From: Fibrobacter sp.
GTDB lineage: Bacteria > Fibrobacterota > Fibrobacteria > Fibrobacterales > Fibrobacteraceae
NCBI GenBank assembly: GCA_024399035.1
Contig: JAKSID010000012.1
Span: forward strand, 11,125 to 75,124
Length of the DNA: 64,000 nt
Reading direction: 5' to 3'
In this document: positions 49,935 to 59,110 of the stretch, piece by piece
How positions within the stretch are numbered: position 1 is the first letter of the stretch
How the letters are laid out: every line of letters begins with the position of its first letter
The notes under the pieces: model-generated
The model's input: only the letters and a program-made list of their open reading frames with translations
Told to the model about the DNA's origin: nothing
Databases searched by the model: none
Translations under genes and position numbers: made by a program

Positions 49935-51731
49935 TTAGTTCTGGAAACTGCCTTCGATAATCCAGCGGCAGAGTTCCTCGATGCTGGCGTAGTCAGGCAC
50001 GGTCTTTGCAAAATTCTGGGCCTTGCTCTGTTCAATGAACTTGCTCCAGGTGGCCTCGTTCTTGGCGGTAAGACCCAGGTGCTCTTCGATAGCACCTTTG
50101 GTCCAGACCCAAATGCCCTGGCTGCGAAGCTTGGCGTGAATGCTCTTGATGGGGCGCTCGGCTTCGGGCATAGCGGCCATCATTGCGTAAGCCTGCGCAG
50201 CAGTGGTATTGCTGTGCTTACTTACGGGGAGACCATTAACCAGGCGTAAATGCTGGTGGAATGCCAGTTCCCTAAAGAGTCGCAGGCAGTACTTCAAATC
50301 CGGGTCGTTGTAATCCAGGAACCCGTCGTGGGGTGCTGTGGTAAAGGCGTAGTCCAGGTCCACGATGGCGCGGACCGGCATGTCCATGGCGTCTAGCACC
50401 TGCATACTCTTGCGGGTGTTGCTGACACCGCCCTGGCGAACCAAGGCGCACTTGATCAATGCGAAACTCTGTCCGGTAATGCGTTCGAACAATGCGGGCA
50501 ATACACGGAGTTCAGTCTTACCTTCGGTAAGCAGCACGTAGTCGGCAAATAAAAGTTCGTTACTGTTGCTCAGGCTAAAGAGCATCTGGAGCTGGCTGGG
50601 CGCATCCTGAACCACCTGATGGACTGCGTCTTCCATTCGCTTTCGCATAAAGGTGCCGCGTTCCTTGTTCTTACGAATCAGGAGGGACGTGCTTACGTCT
50701 TCACTGGTAACCATCTGGGCGCTGTGGGTGGCGAACACCACTTGGTAGCCCTCGTTGGAAAGGTTCTTCAGGGCGACTCGCACCAACTCAACCGCCTGGG
50801 GATGCAAGTACAGTTCCGGGGAGTCGATGAGCAGCATGGTGCGGCTCAGGTAATGGTTGTTATGGTGTTTCTTGATATCTGCAAGATAGCGGATCAATGC
50901 CATCTGGATGGCTCTCTTGGAGCCTGCACCCATACGGGAAATATCTCGTTCAAATCCGTCGTCTTCGTCAATAACCTTGATGCTGGCCTTCTTCAGGAAG
51001 GTCTCCAAGGTCGGTACAGGAATGTCCAATTCCACCTTGACGCTGGGGAATAGCGGGCGGAGTTTTTCATTGACGTCGCGGTCGAATGCCGACAACTCGT
51101 CGGCGCGGTTTTCGCTATCGGGGGAGAGAATGTCGCTGAACTTATTCAGCAGCATATTGATTTCGCCTCCGAAACGTCTTTCCAGGGGCTTAAAAATTTC
51201 GTGCAACAGCTTAGTAAAGGCTTGGTTCCCCTCAAAGTCCCAGATGGCAATGGATTCGGGGAACATTCGGTTGAAGGCGGCGAGGAAATCGTCGTCGGCA
51301 CGGATCCATTCCTTGTTGTTCTTTCCATTGCGCTTGTTGGGCGGTACGAAAACGAAGGTTTCCACGGTTTCTGGATTTTCCCCAGGAATTCGCTGCAGTT
51401 TCTTGATGCGGAGTCTGCCGGCGGTGGGGCCTGTGGTTACCAGATAGGGTAGGATCGCCGTAGCCTTGTCTTCCCCAAGCCTAGCCAGAACCTGCTCTGA
51501 AATTCCGTCAAAGATTCCTTCCACCTCAACAGGTTCGTTGGGGTTGTCGAAATAGGAAATATCCAGGGAAAAATGGGACAAAAGCCAGCGGATGCCCATC
51601 AAGATGTTGGTTTTGCCGGCGTTGTTGTACCCGATCAGGGCAGTAAAGCTACTGAGTGGAAACGTCTGACGCTGGATGGAGCGCAGATTTGCGATTGTAA
51701 TCTCAGAAAGTCTTAAAGCCTGTGGTTGCAT
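49935..51731 (-). CDS. OLD-family ATP-dependent nuclease (ABC-type ATPase + Toprim)
   Basis: Motifs NLRSI, GYNNAGKT, MGAG, LLIDSPELYLHP and ATHS; Toprim motifs EGKTE and DLD. Confidence 0.85.
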   Translation of the reverse strand: MQPQALRLSEITIANLRSIQRQTFPLSSFTALIGYNNAGKTNILMGIRWLLSHFSLDISYFDNPNEPVEVEGIFDGISEQVLARLGEDKATAILPYLVTTGPTAGRLRIKKLQRIPGENPETVETFVFVPPNKRNGKNNKEWIRADDDFLAAFNRMFPESIAIWDFEGNQAFTKLLHEIFKPLERRFGGEINMLLNKFSDILSPDSENRADELSAFDRDVNEKLRPLFPSVKVELDIPVPTLETFLKKASIKVIDEDDGFERDISRMGAGSKRAIQMALIRYLADIKKHHNNHYLSRTMLLIDSPELYLHPQAVELVRVALKNLSNEGYQVVFATHSAQMVTSEDVSTSLLIRKNKERGTFMRKRMEDAVHQVVQDAPSQLQMLFSLSNSNELLFADYVLLTEGKTELRVLPALFERITGQSFALIKCALVRQGGVSNTRKSMQVLDAMDMPVRAIVDLDYAFTTAPHDGFLDYNDPDLKYCLRLFRELAFHQHLRLVNGLPVSKHSNTTAAQAYAMMAAMPEAERPIKSIHAKLRSQGIWVWTKGAIEEHLGLTAKNEATWSKFIEQSKAQNFAKTVPDYASIEELCRWIIEGSFQN

Positions 51732-51904
51732 ATCCTGAACATATATAAAATTCGGGGTCGGGGAGGCCAAAAAAAGGAAAAAACGCAATTTTGGTGTGTT
51801 TTAGAGCACTAGAAACATTAAAAACCCGTTGTCTATGGGCAACACCTTTGTTTTTTTTCGTTGTCTAAAAAACGTTAAACATATCTATATTTATATTGAG
51901 TATT

Positions 51905-53569
51905 ATGAGATTTGGGCTAAAATATGGTTTTCTTGCTGCCGGAATGGTCAGCCTGCTGTCTGCAGGCTGTACTACTGATGTTGCCGGCAATAGTGCTGAA
52001 ACTGGATCTCCTGAATTGGCCGGCGTCCTGTATTTGGACAATGGTAATCCTGCAAGCTTTGCCCGCGTTCGTGTGGTTGGTTCTAGCTTTGACTACTATC
52101 GTGGCGATGACCTGAGCGACGTTATCGAGGTTGTTGCTGATTCCAATGGTGCCTACTCCATTGACTCCATGCCGGAAATCAATTCCAAGTCTTTCTCCCT
52201 GGAAGCATTCCATGAAGAATCCGGTAAGCGCCTGTTGATCCAGAATCTTGCTCTGGAAGACGACAGCCTGGTGGTGAACGATTCTCTCCAGAATCCTGGT
52301 GTGGCGCTCCTGAATGTTGAAAATATCTTTGAATCCAAGGTTGAAGGTCTTAAGGGCAGCGCCACTATTGTGGGCACCACCTTCATGCAAAGTGTGGAAG
52401 TCAAGGATGGTTCTGTGCTGGTGGATTCGCTTCCTGCAGGTGAACAGGATTTGGTAATCCGACTCTATGACAAGGATACGCTGAAGACTCAATTCAACAA
52501 GATTGATGTTGTGCCCGGAGATACTGTCGTATTCGATACAATTTCGGAAGCCATTGTTCGTTCCTATGCGATGCCTCTTCTGCTTGCCAAGGAAACATCT
52601 CTGGATTCCTCCGAATCCGTGTTGACGGATGTTCCGATGGTCTTTGGCCTTGATAGTTCTGTTTTTGATTTCGATAGCCTTTTGACAAACGGTAAGAATG
52701 GTCGTTTCGAGGCTTTCAGAGTCAATGCGCAGGGTGAACGTTCTGCTACTTTGCCCATTGATGTCGGTCGCTGGGACGCAAGTTCCAAGGAAGCCTTGTT
52801 CTGGGTTCGCGTGGATTCACTGAATGTCGATGATTCCCTGGTCATCGAGTTCAATTCTCGAAAGTCTTCTGTTTTTGCAAAGGATGTTTTCCCCACCAAC
52901 GGTTATTACCGTACGGTATGGCATTTTGACGGTGGAGCCAAGCAGCTGATTGATGTTGCTGAAAACGAGTCTGTTTCCATGGGTGTTCCTTCCAAGGTTT
53001 CCGAAGTGGATGGCGTTGTTGGAAAGGCCTTCGGTTTTGATGGATCTGCTTCCGTGGTCATCGACAATTCTTCCGAAGGTGAATTGAACTTCCCGGCAGA
53101 TACCTTAAGTTTTGGTGTCTGGGTCAAGCTTGACGATGTGAAGGATTCCAGCATGATTTTCTCCAAGGATGGTCAGTATAGTCTTGTGGTCGATCCAAAG
53201 GAGGGCTTTGTGGCTGGTTATCGCGAAACGGTGGTGGACTCTCTTGGAGATACCCTTCAGAAGGCTCATACCTTCCACAGTGGCGACAGTCTTTTGGTGG
53301 CTGATAAGTGGACGTATATTTATTTCCAGAAGCGCGGGCCGATGCAGTCTTTCTACGTTGACGGTGTCAAGATTTCTCAGGCAGAAAAGGTGACTACGGC
53401 CCAGTTCCAGCGTTACGAGTTTGCTAATCTTGTCGTTGGAAAGGGTTTTAAGGGTGCTATCGATGAACTGATGTTTAGCGACGGCTACAGAACCGATAAT
53501 TGGGTTAAGGCAACCTATTATAATCAAAAAAATGCTAATAATAGCGCAAAATTCTGCGTTCGAAAGTAG
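51905..53569 (+). CDS. Lipoprotein with DUF2341-like and LamG/concanavalin-like domains
   Basis: Lipobox LLSAGC; motifs LFWVRVD, VWHFD, GVVGKAFGFDG and FKGAIDE. Confidence 0.75.
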   Translation: MRFGLKYGFLAAGMVSLLSAGCTTDVAGNSAETGSPELAGVLYLDNGNPASFARVRVVGSSFDYYRGDDLSDVIEVVADSNGAYSIDSMPEINSKSFSLEAFHEESGKRLLIQNLALEDDSLVVNDSLQNPGVALLNVENIFESKVEGLKGSATIVGTTFMQSVEVKDGSVLVDSLPAGEQDLVIRLYDKDTLKTQFNKIDVVPGDTVVFDTISEAIVRSYAMPLLLAKETSLDSSESVLTDVPMVFGLDSSVFDFDSLLTNGKNGRFEAFRVNAQGERSATLPIDVGRWDASSKEALFWVRVDSLNVDDSLVIEFNSRKSSVFAKDVFPTNGYYRTVWHFDGGAKQLIDVAENESVSMGVPSKVSEVDGVVGKAFGFDGSASVVIDNSSEGELNFPADTLSFGVWVKLDDVKDSSMIFSKDGQYSLVVDPKEGFVAGYRETVVDSLGDTLQKAHTFHSGDSLLVADKWTYIYFQKRGPMQSFYVDGVKISQAEKVTTAQFQRYEFANLVVGKGFKGAIDELMFSDGYRTDNWVKATYYNQKNANNSAKFCVRK

Positions 53570-53706
53570 AAAAAAGCCTTTTTGGAGGCGTTGTAATGCT
53601 TTGCAACGCTTTTTCTATCTGTAATACTGAAAAAAGTCCATCAGAAAGTATCTTTATATTGGGATTTGGGGCATTAAACCCTACTTGGATATAAGGATTA
53701 GGCATA

Positions 53707-55623
53707 ATGAAACAGTCTTTTGCTGGGCGCATCGCCATGGTGTGCGCTGCTGTCTTAACTCTTAACACGGCTCTGTTTGCTCAAACCGATAGTACCCTTC
53801 GTCAGTTGGCAGAGGCCCGTGGCCGCTTTGTGGGTGCCATCTTGAATTCCAACTGGTTCAGCTACGGCCTGGGTGATGATGCAGAAGTCTACGAGAATAC
53901 CCACAAGTCCCAGTTCAATATTGTGGTTGCAGAAAACGAGATGAAGTTTGATGCAACGGAACCTGCCCGAAACTCCTTCAACTTTAAGAATGGCGATAAG
54001 CTGATGGCTTACGCTGCAGCTAATGGTATGCAGGTCCGCGGTCATGCGCTGGCTTGGCATAGCCAGGTTCCAGATTGGGTTCCGAAGTTGGCTGAAAGCG
54101 TGGCTGCCGCTGGAGGCTCCCCCAAGGATACCTTGCTGGCTGTATTGAAGAATCATATTGAAAATGTGGTGGGTCATTACAAAGGCAAAATCCGTGAATG
54201 GGACGTGGTGAACGAAGCCATTGATGGAACTCCTGCCGCTTGGCGTGATGGTTCCGCTTCTGTGTGGTACAAGTACATCGGCCGTGAATTCATCGACTCC
54301 GCTTTCGTATGGGCCCACAAGGCCGACCCCGATGCAAGGCTTTACTACAACGACTATTCCCTGGAATGGGGCGTGGCAGAAGGATCCAAGGGCAAGTTCG
54401 CTGTGGATTCTGTGGCTAAGCGTTTGAGGGCTGCGGGCATTTACATTACAGGTATCGGCTGCCAAACTCATATTTCTGATTATCATGTGACCACTCCGCA
54501 GAATGTAAAGGCGTTGGCTCAGATGCTGGAAGCAGAGGGTATGACCTTGCAGATTACGGAACTGGACATTGGCTTTGACAAGAAAACTGCGACCCAGTCT
54601 GATTACGAAGCCCAGGGGAGTCTGTACCGTCAGTTTATGGACTTGTTCCTGGAAGCGCCCAACATGGAAGCCTTTGTGATTTGGGGCTTTTCTGATAAGT
54701 ACAGCTGGCTTGCGGATTTGTACAAGTATAATGGTTTGATTTTTGATTCCAGCTTTGCAGCAAAACCTGCTTACGACAGTCTGGTTGCTAGTCTCAAAGC
54801 ACATAGTGCAGATAAAGTAACGAAAGTTAAAGACGCGATTCCTCTAGTTTGGGAAAATACTTCTCCCTTTGGAAAAGCCTCCTATGTCATCGTAGACTAT
54901 AGCCAACCGGGTGCTGAATCCCGTGGAGAATGGTCCGGCGATGTAAAGAATGGCAACGGAAAGTTTGTAGGTGATGCTTTGGCCGGAAAGACGGGCTATA
55001 TGAATGTTCCTTTGGCAGGCTGTGACCAGAACGCTGATTACTGCGGTTACCAGCACGCAATCTACACACTCCCTCAGGATGCGGTGGATTCCAATCTCTT
55101 GAGTAAGTGCGAGGCCCTGGTGTTTACTGCCTACGGCCCTGGCGGCAGCACCGCTTATGTGAATATCGGTATCAACGATCCCAAGATGACTTTGCAGAAT
55201 GGCCGTCCCCTCAGTTCAAAGGTCTGGGCGGGTATGACGGTGGACTTGCAGGCCGTCCGCGATGCAGATGTTAAACCCACGCAGCTGACTTTTAACAGCA
55301 GCAATACCTCTGCCATGTACATTTCAAAGATTGAAGCGGTGGGCTGCCCCGACGAAAACAGCGCAACCCCCGTTACCCCCAGCGGAATCAAGAGTGTGGC
55401 AAAGGCTTTTGAAGCCTCCGGACGAGTTGTCCGTTTTGACGGAAAACAGCTTTTTGTTCCTTCCTCCGCTCAGGTGGAATTGTTCGATATGCAGGGCCGC
55501 CCTGTGTTTACTGCCAGGGATATTGAAGGCGTTGTCAGCCTTTCTTCTGTGGCTAAGGGCCTCTATGTGGTTCGCGTTCGCGTGGGCTCCCAGAGTCTTG
55601 TCCGCCAGATTGTTGTTAAATAG
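53707..55623 (+). CDS. Secreted GH10 endo-xylanase with extra C-terminal module
   Basis: Motifs AENEMK, RGHALAWHSQ, WDVVNEA, YYNDY and ITELDI. Confidence 0.92.
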   Translation: MKQSFAGRIAMVCAAVLTLNTALFAQTDSTLRQLAEARGRFVGAILNSNWFSYGLGDDAEVYENTHKSQFNIVVAENEMKFDATEPARNSFNFKNGDKLMAYAAANGMQVRGHALAWHSQVPDWVPKLAESVAAAGGSPKDTLLAVLKNHIENVVGHYKGKIREWDVVNEAIDGTPAAWRDGSASVWYKYIGREFIDSAFVWAHKADPDARLYYNDYSLEWGVAEGSKGKFAVDSVAKRLRAAGIYITGIGCQTHISDYHVTTPQNVKALAQMLEAEGMTLQITELDIGFDKKTATQSDYEAQGSLYRQFMDLFLEAPNMEAFVIWGFSDKYSWLADLYKYNGLIFDSSFAAKPAYDSLVASLKAHSADKVTKVKDAIPLVWENTSPFGKASYVIVDYSQPGAESRGEWSGDVKNGNGKFVGDALAGKTGYMNVPLAGCDQNADYCGYQHAIYTLPQDAVDSNLLSKCEALVFTAYGPGGSTAYVNIGINDPKMTLQNGRPLSSKVWAGMTVDLQAVRDADVKPTQLTFNSSNTSAMYISKIEAVGCPDENSATPVTPSGIKSVAKAFEASGRVVRFDGKQLFVPSSAQVELFDMQGRPVFTARDIEGVVSLSSVAKGLYVVRVRVGSQSLVRQIVVK

Positions 55624-55732
55624 TTGAAATTAGGCATTTTTCCCCAAAAAAAGCCCGGATTGGCAAATCTCGGGGGCTCAACTTTTGTATTTTTGGCTGG
55701 AATTAGATTTTTATACAGGTAGGTTTACTCTG

Positions 55733-58510
55733 TTGTTGCGATTGTTGTTTGCTATTGTAGTCTTGGTTGGCTTTGCTCAGGCCCAGCTTTTGGATATGTC
55801 CGAAATGTCCGAAAGCTATATGGCGGAAAATGCCGTTACGAAGGTGAAGGTCGAAGGTACTGTTCACATGGATCCCCGCGCAGTGATTAGCCGCGTTGGC
55901 GTCAAGGAAGGTCAAAGCTATTCTCCTTCGGCTCTCTCCGATAAGGTCCAATCTTCTGTAACCTCCCTGTACGAATCTGGTCTTTTTGATGATGTTTCCG
56001 CCTGGATTGACTACGTGGGCGATGGCACCGATGTAGAATTGATCTTTAAGATTAAGGAACTCCCCGCGCTGGATACCGTTGTTTTTGAAGGCTGCGACGA
56101 TATTTCCGAAGAAGATTTGCGCCTTAAGGTTCGTTTGATTCCTGGCCAGGTCTATAGCAAGAGCCAGCTGGAACGTGATCGCCAGGCTATTTTGGATCAT
56201 TACCACTCCGAAGGCTACCTCCTTGCAGAAGTCGGCTATCGCGAAACCGAAGCAGACGAAAATAAGAATCAGGTGACCTTTATTGTTCGCGAAGGCGGCA
56301 AGGTCAAGGTTCGTCAGTTTGATATCCAGGGCAACAGCAACGTCCCCCGCGAAGACATCATGGACCACATGAACACCAAGCTGGACCAGTGGTGGGGCGG
56401 TGGCGAATTTAAGGAAGATGTGTTTGCTGCTGACCGCGATTCTGTGTTGAACGCTATTCGCCATTTTGGCTACCTGGATGCAGAACTTACCGAATACAGC
56501 GCAGAATACCTGCCTGATTCTACCTGCTTGTTCTACATGGGCCGTATGGTTCCCATGGGCGCAAAACTTGAAAATCTCTATGAACAGCTGAATGTGGCTT
56601 TGGCTGATACCAATTCTGCCTTGAATAAGATGGCTGGTAAGCCCACTATGCAGGTGACCCATATCTTCCGTAACCATCGAGCCATTGGCGAAAAGCAGTG
56701 GGTGACCCGTTCTGTGCCTAAGGTTAAGTCCGAAGAAGATGCCTGGAAGTACCTGAACGACATTATCCGCTACGAAGATGCCCGTAAGGAATGGCTGTCT
56801 CTCGTCAAGAACAACAAGTGGTCTAATCCCAAGATTGACTCCTTGTTGAAGATCAAGAAGTTGAACGGCTATCAGGAAAAGCTCCTGGTCCGTTACATGA
56901 TCGAAGACATTTTCCCGGCCTTGAATAAGTACGACGAAATCAAGACCTCCAGTGCTATTCTCGTTCATATCCACATGAACGAAGGCCGCCGCTACTACAT
57001 GGGAGGCTTGCACTTCTCCGGTAACGAAGTTCTGAGCGACCAGATGCTTAAGTATGTGTACCGCTTGGATAGCGGCAAGGTCTTTGACCAGTACCTCTAT
57101 GATGCCTCTCGCAAGGCTTTGATTGATGCCTACCGCGAAGACGGCTACCTCTTTGCCCAGTACGAAGAAGAACGCACCTTTACTAACGACTCCATTGTGA
57201 ACCTGTCCTACAAGATGACCGAAGGCTTGCCGGCCCAGATTCATAAGGTTCATATTCGTGGCAATACCAAGACCAACGAAAAGGTGATCCGTCGTGAAGT
57301 CCGCTTGTTCCCGGGTGATACTTATCGCCAGTCTGCTTTGGAACGTAGTTTCCGCGAAATTATGCAGTTGAACTACTTTGACATGGTCGTACCGGACATC
57401 AAGGTCGTGGGCGATCAGGAAGTGGATCTTGACTTTATGGTTCAGGAAAAGGAAGCCGGTACGGGTCAGTTCAGCCTGGGTGTTTCCTATAGCGAAAGCG
57501 ACGGTCTCGTTGGTACTGCCTCTATTTCTATTCCCAACTGCTGTATGGGTGGTGGCCGCGCTGCATCCTTGAATGTGGAATACGGTGCTGACAAGAAGAG
57601 TGCTTCTATTAGCTTCCAGGAACCTTGGTTCTTGGATAAGCCTATTACCTTGGGTGCTAGCTTGAGCTACTCCTGGTGGAACATGGAAGACTACAACGAC
57701 CCGAATATTACCCGTTATGGCGGAAGCGTTTACCTGGGTAAGCGACTCAAGTGGCCGGATGACTACTTCTATGGTCAGGTCGGTTACAGCTGGCTCATGA
57801 ACAAGCAGGGCGACAACATCCCCAATAGCTATGTGGTTTACACCGGTATTGAATCCGCTATTAACTTCCGCTTGATCCGCGACGATAAGAACTTGCCGCA
57901 GTTCCCCACAGATGGTTCTCGCTACGTCTTGGATATGCAGTGGGCTGACGGCTACTTGGGTAGTGACTTTGAATTCTTGAAGACTGAACTTACCGTAAAG
58001 TGGTGGTTCCCGTTGTTTAGGGATCGTTTGACCTTGGCTTTGACCAACCAGTATGGTGTGATTATGGGTGACCATCTGCAGTACCGTACTTTGTACACAA
58101 TGGGCGGCGCCTATGGTTACGAAGGCATGATGCGTGGTTACAGTTCCGGATCTATCGGCTATCGCCGCCTGGGCCGCAGCTACCAGTACATCGGTGCTGA
58201 ACTCCAGTTGGGCCTTGTGCCCCAGACTTTCTATCTGTTGCCCTTCTTCTTTGATGCAGGTAACGTATTCGGCGAACGCTATGACCCCAAGACCCAGGTT
58301 CCTGTGCCTAGCCGCAGTCCGCTTGCTGAATGGGATCCCACTAGCCTCAAGAAGGACATTGGCTTTGGTTTCCGCGTAGTTGTGCCTATGCTGGGTATCA
58401 TTGGCTTCGACTTCGCATGGCCTCTGGATGTGGGCGAAAACTACACCGGTACCAAGAAGGATAAGGTGGGCGATATGGAATTCAACTTCGTTATCGGCCA
58501 GGGCTTCTAA
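55733..58510 (+). CDS. bamA: Outer-membrane protein assembly factor BamA
   Basis: POTRA repeats (GN.KT...VIRRE), barrel loop MRGY, FDAGN and terminal Phe; followed by skp. Start codon uncertain. Confidence 0.92.
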   Translation: MLRLLFAIVVLVGFAQAQLLDMSEMSESYMAENAVTKVKVEGTVHMDPRAVISRVGVKEGQSYSPSALSDKVQSSVTSLYESGLFDDVSAWIDYVGDGTDVELIFKIKELPALDTVVFEGCDDISEEDLRLKVRLIPGQVYSKSQLERDRQAILDHYHSEGYLLAEVGYRETEADENKNQVTFIVREGGKVKVRQFDIQGNSNVPREDIMDHMNTKLDQWWGGGEFKEDVFAADRDSVLNAIRHFGYLDAELTEYSAEYLPDSTCLFYMGRMVPMGAKLENLYEQLNVALADTNSALNKMAGKPTMQVTHIFRNHRAIGEKQWVTRSVPKVKSEEDAWKYLNDIIRYEDARKEWLSLVKNNKWSNPKIDSLLKIKKLNGYQEKLLVRYMIEDIFPALNKYDEIKTSSAILVHIHMNEGRRYYMGGLHFSGNEVLSDQMLKYVYRLDSGKVFDQYLYDASRKALIDAYREDGYLFAQYEEERTFTNDSIVNLSYKMTEGLPAQIHKVHIRGNTKTNEKVIRREVRLFPGDTYRQSALERSFREIMQLNYFDMVVPDIKVVGDQEVDLDFMVQEKEAGTGQFSLGVSYSESDGLVGTASISIPNCCMGGGRAASLNVEYGADKKSASISFQEPWFLDKPITLGASLSYSWWNMEDYNDPNITRYGGSVYLGKRLKWPDDYFYGQVGYSWLMNKQGDNIPNSYVVYTGIESAINFRLIRDDKNLPQFPTDGSRYVLDMQWADGYLGSDFEFLKTELTVKWWFPLFRDRLTLALTNQYGVIMGDHLQYRTLYTMGGAYGYEGMMRGYSSGSIGYRRLGRSYQYIGAELQLGLVPQTFYLLPFFFDAGNVFGERYDPKTQVPVPSRSPLAEWDPTSLKKDIGFGFRVVVPMLGIIGFDFAWPLDVGENYTGTKKDKVGDMEFNFVIGQGF

Positions 58511-58520
58511 GGAGAAATTT

Positions 58521-59045
58521 ATGGTTAAGAAACTTCTCGTAGTTTTGACTCTTGCTTTGTTCTTCGGCGCCTCTGCAGGCTTTGCCGAAGACGGACTCCG
58601 CATTGCTCACGTAGATTCCAAGCTGATCTTCGATGGTTACAAGGGTACCAAGAAAGCTCAGGAAGAATACGACCGCCAGGTGGCTAAGTGGGAACAGCAG
58701 GGCAACTTGCTGCAGAAGGAACTTGCTGCCATTAAGGAAAAGTTGGACAAGCAGGTTCTGATGCTTTCCGACGAAAAGAAACGCGAACTTGAAGCCGAGT
58801 ACGCCAAGAAGGACACGGAACTGAAGAACTTTATTGACCGTGTCTATGGCCGTAAGGGCGAGCTGATTTCTGAAAATGAAAAGGTAAGTGCTCCAATCAT
58901 TCAGTTGATCCGTAAGGCCGTTACCGAAATTGCCTTGCAAGAAGGCTACGACATGGTCGTTGACCGTGCTACAGGTTCTGTTCTCTTTTGGAAGAAGGAC
59001 AATGACCTGACCAACAAAGTTCTGGAATATTTGAATAACCGATAG
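58521..59045 (+). CDS. skp: OmpH/Skp periplasmic chaperone
   Basis: Signal peptide, IAHVD, coiled coil, GYDMV and DLT.KVL. Directly downstream of bamA. Confidence 0.88.
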   Translation: MVKKLLVVLTLALFFGASAGFAEDGLRIAHVDSKLIFDGYKGTKKAQEEYDRQVAKWEQQGNLLQKELAAIKEKLDKQVLMLSDEKKRELEAEYAKKDTELKNFIDRVYGRKGELISENEKVSAPIIQLIRKAVTEIALQEGYDMVVDRATGSVLFWKKDNDLTNKVLEYLNNR

Positions 59046-59110
59046 TTTCGCAGCTCGAATCAGTTAACCATTAAACCCCGGGCCTCGTGCCTCGAACCTG
59101 GAGCCTCTAC

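Noticed and set aside
49935-51731. Gabija or retron defence system
   Set aside because: No UvrD helicase, reverse transcriptase or msr-msd is adjacent.
55703-58603. 966-aa minus-strand ORF
   Set aside because: Antisense shadow of bamA. The same applies to the long antisense ORFs over GH57, GH26, icd and ettA.
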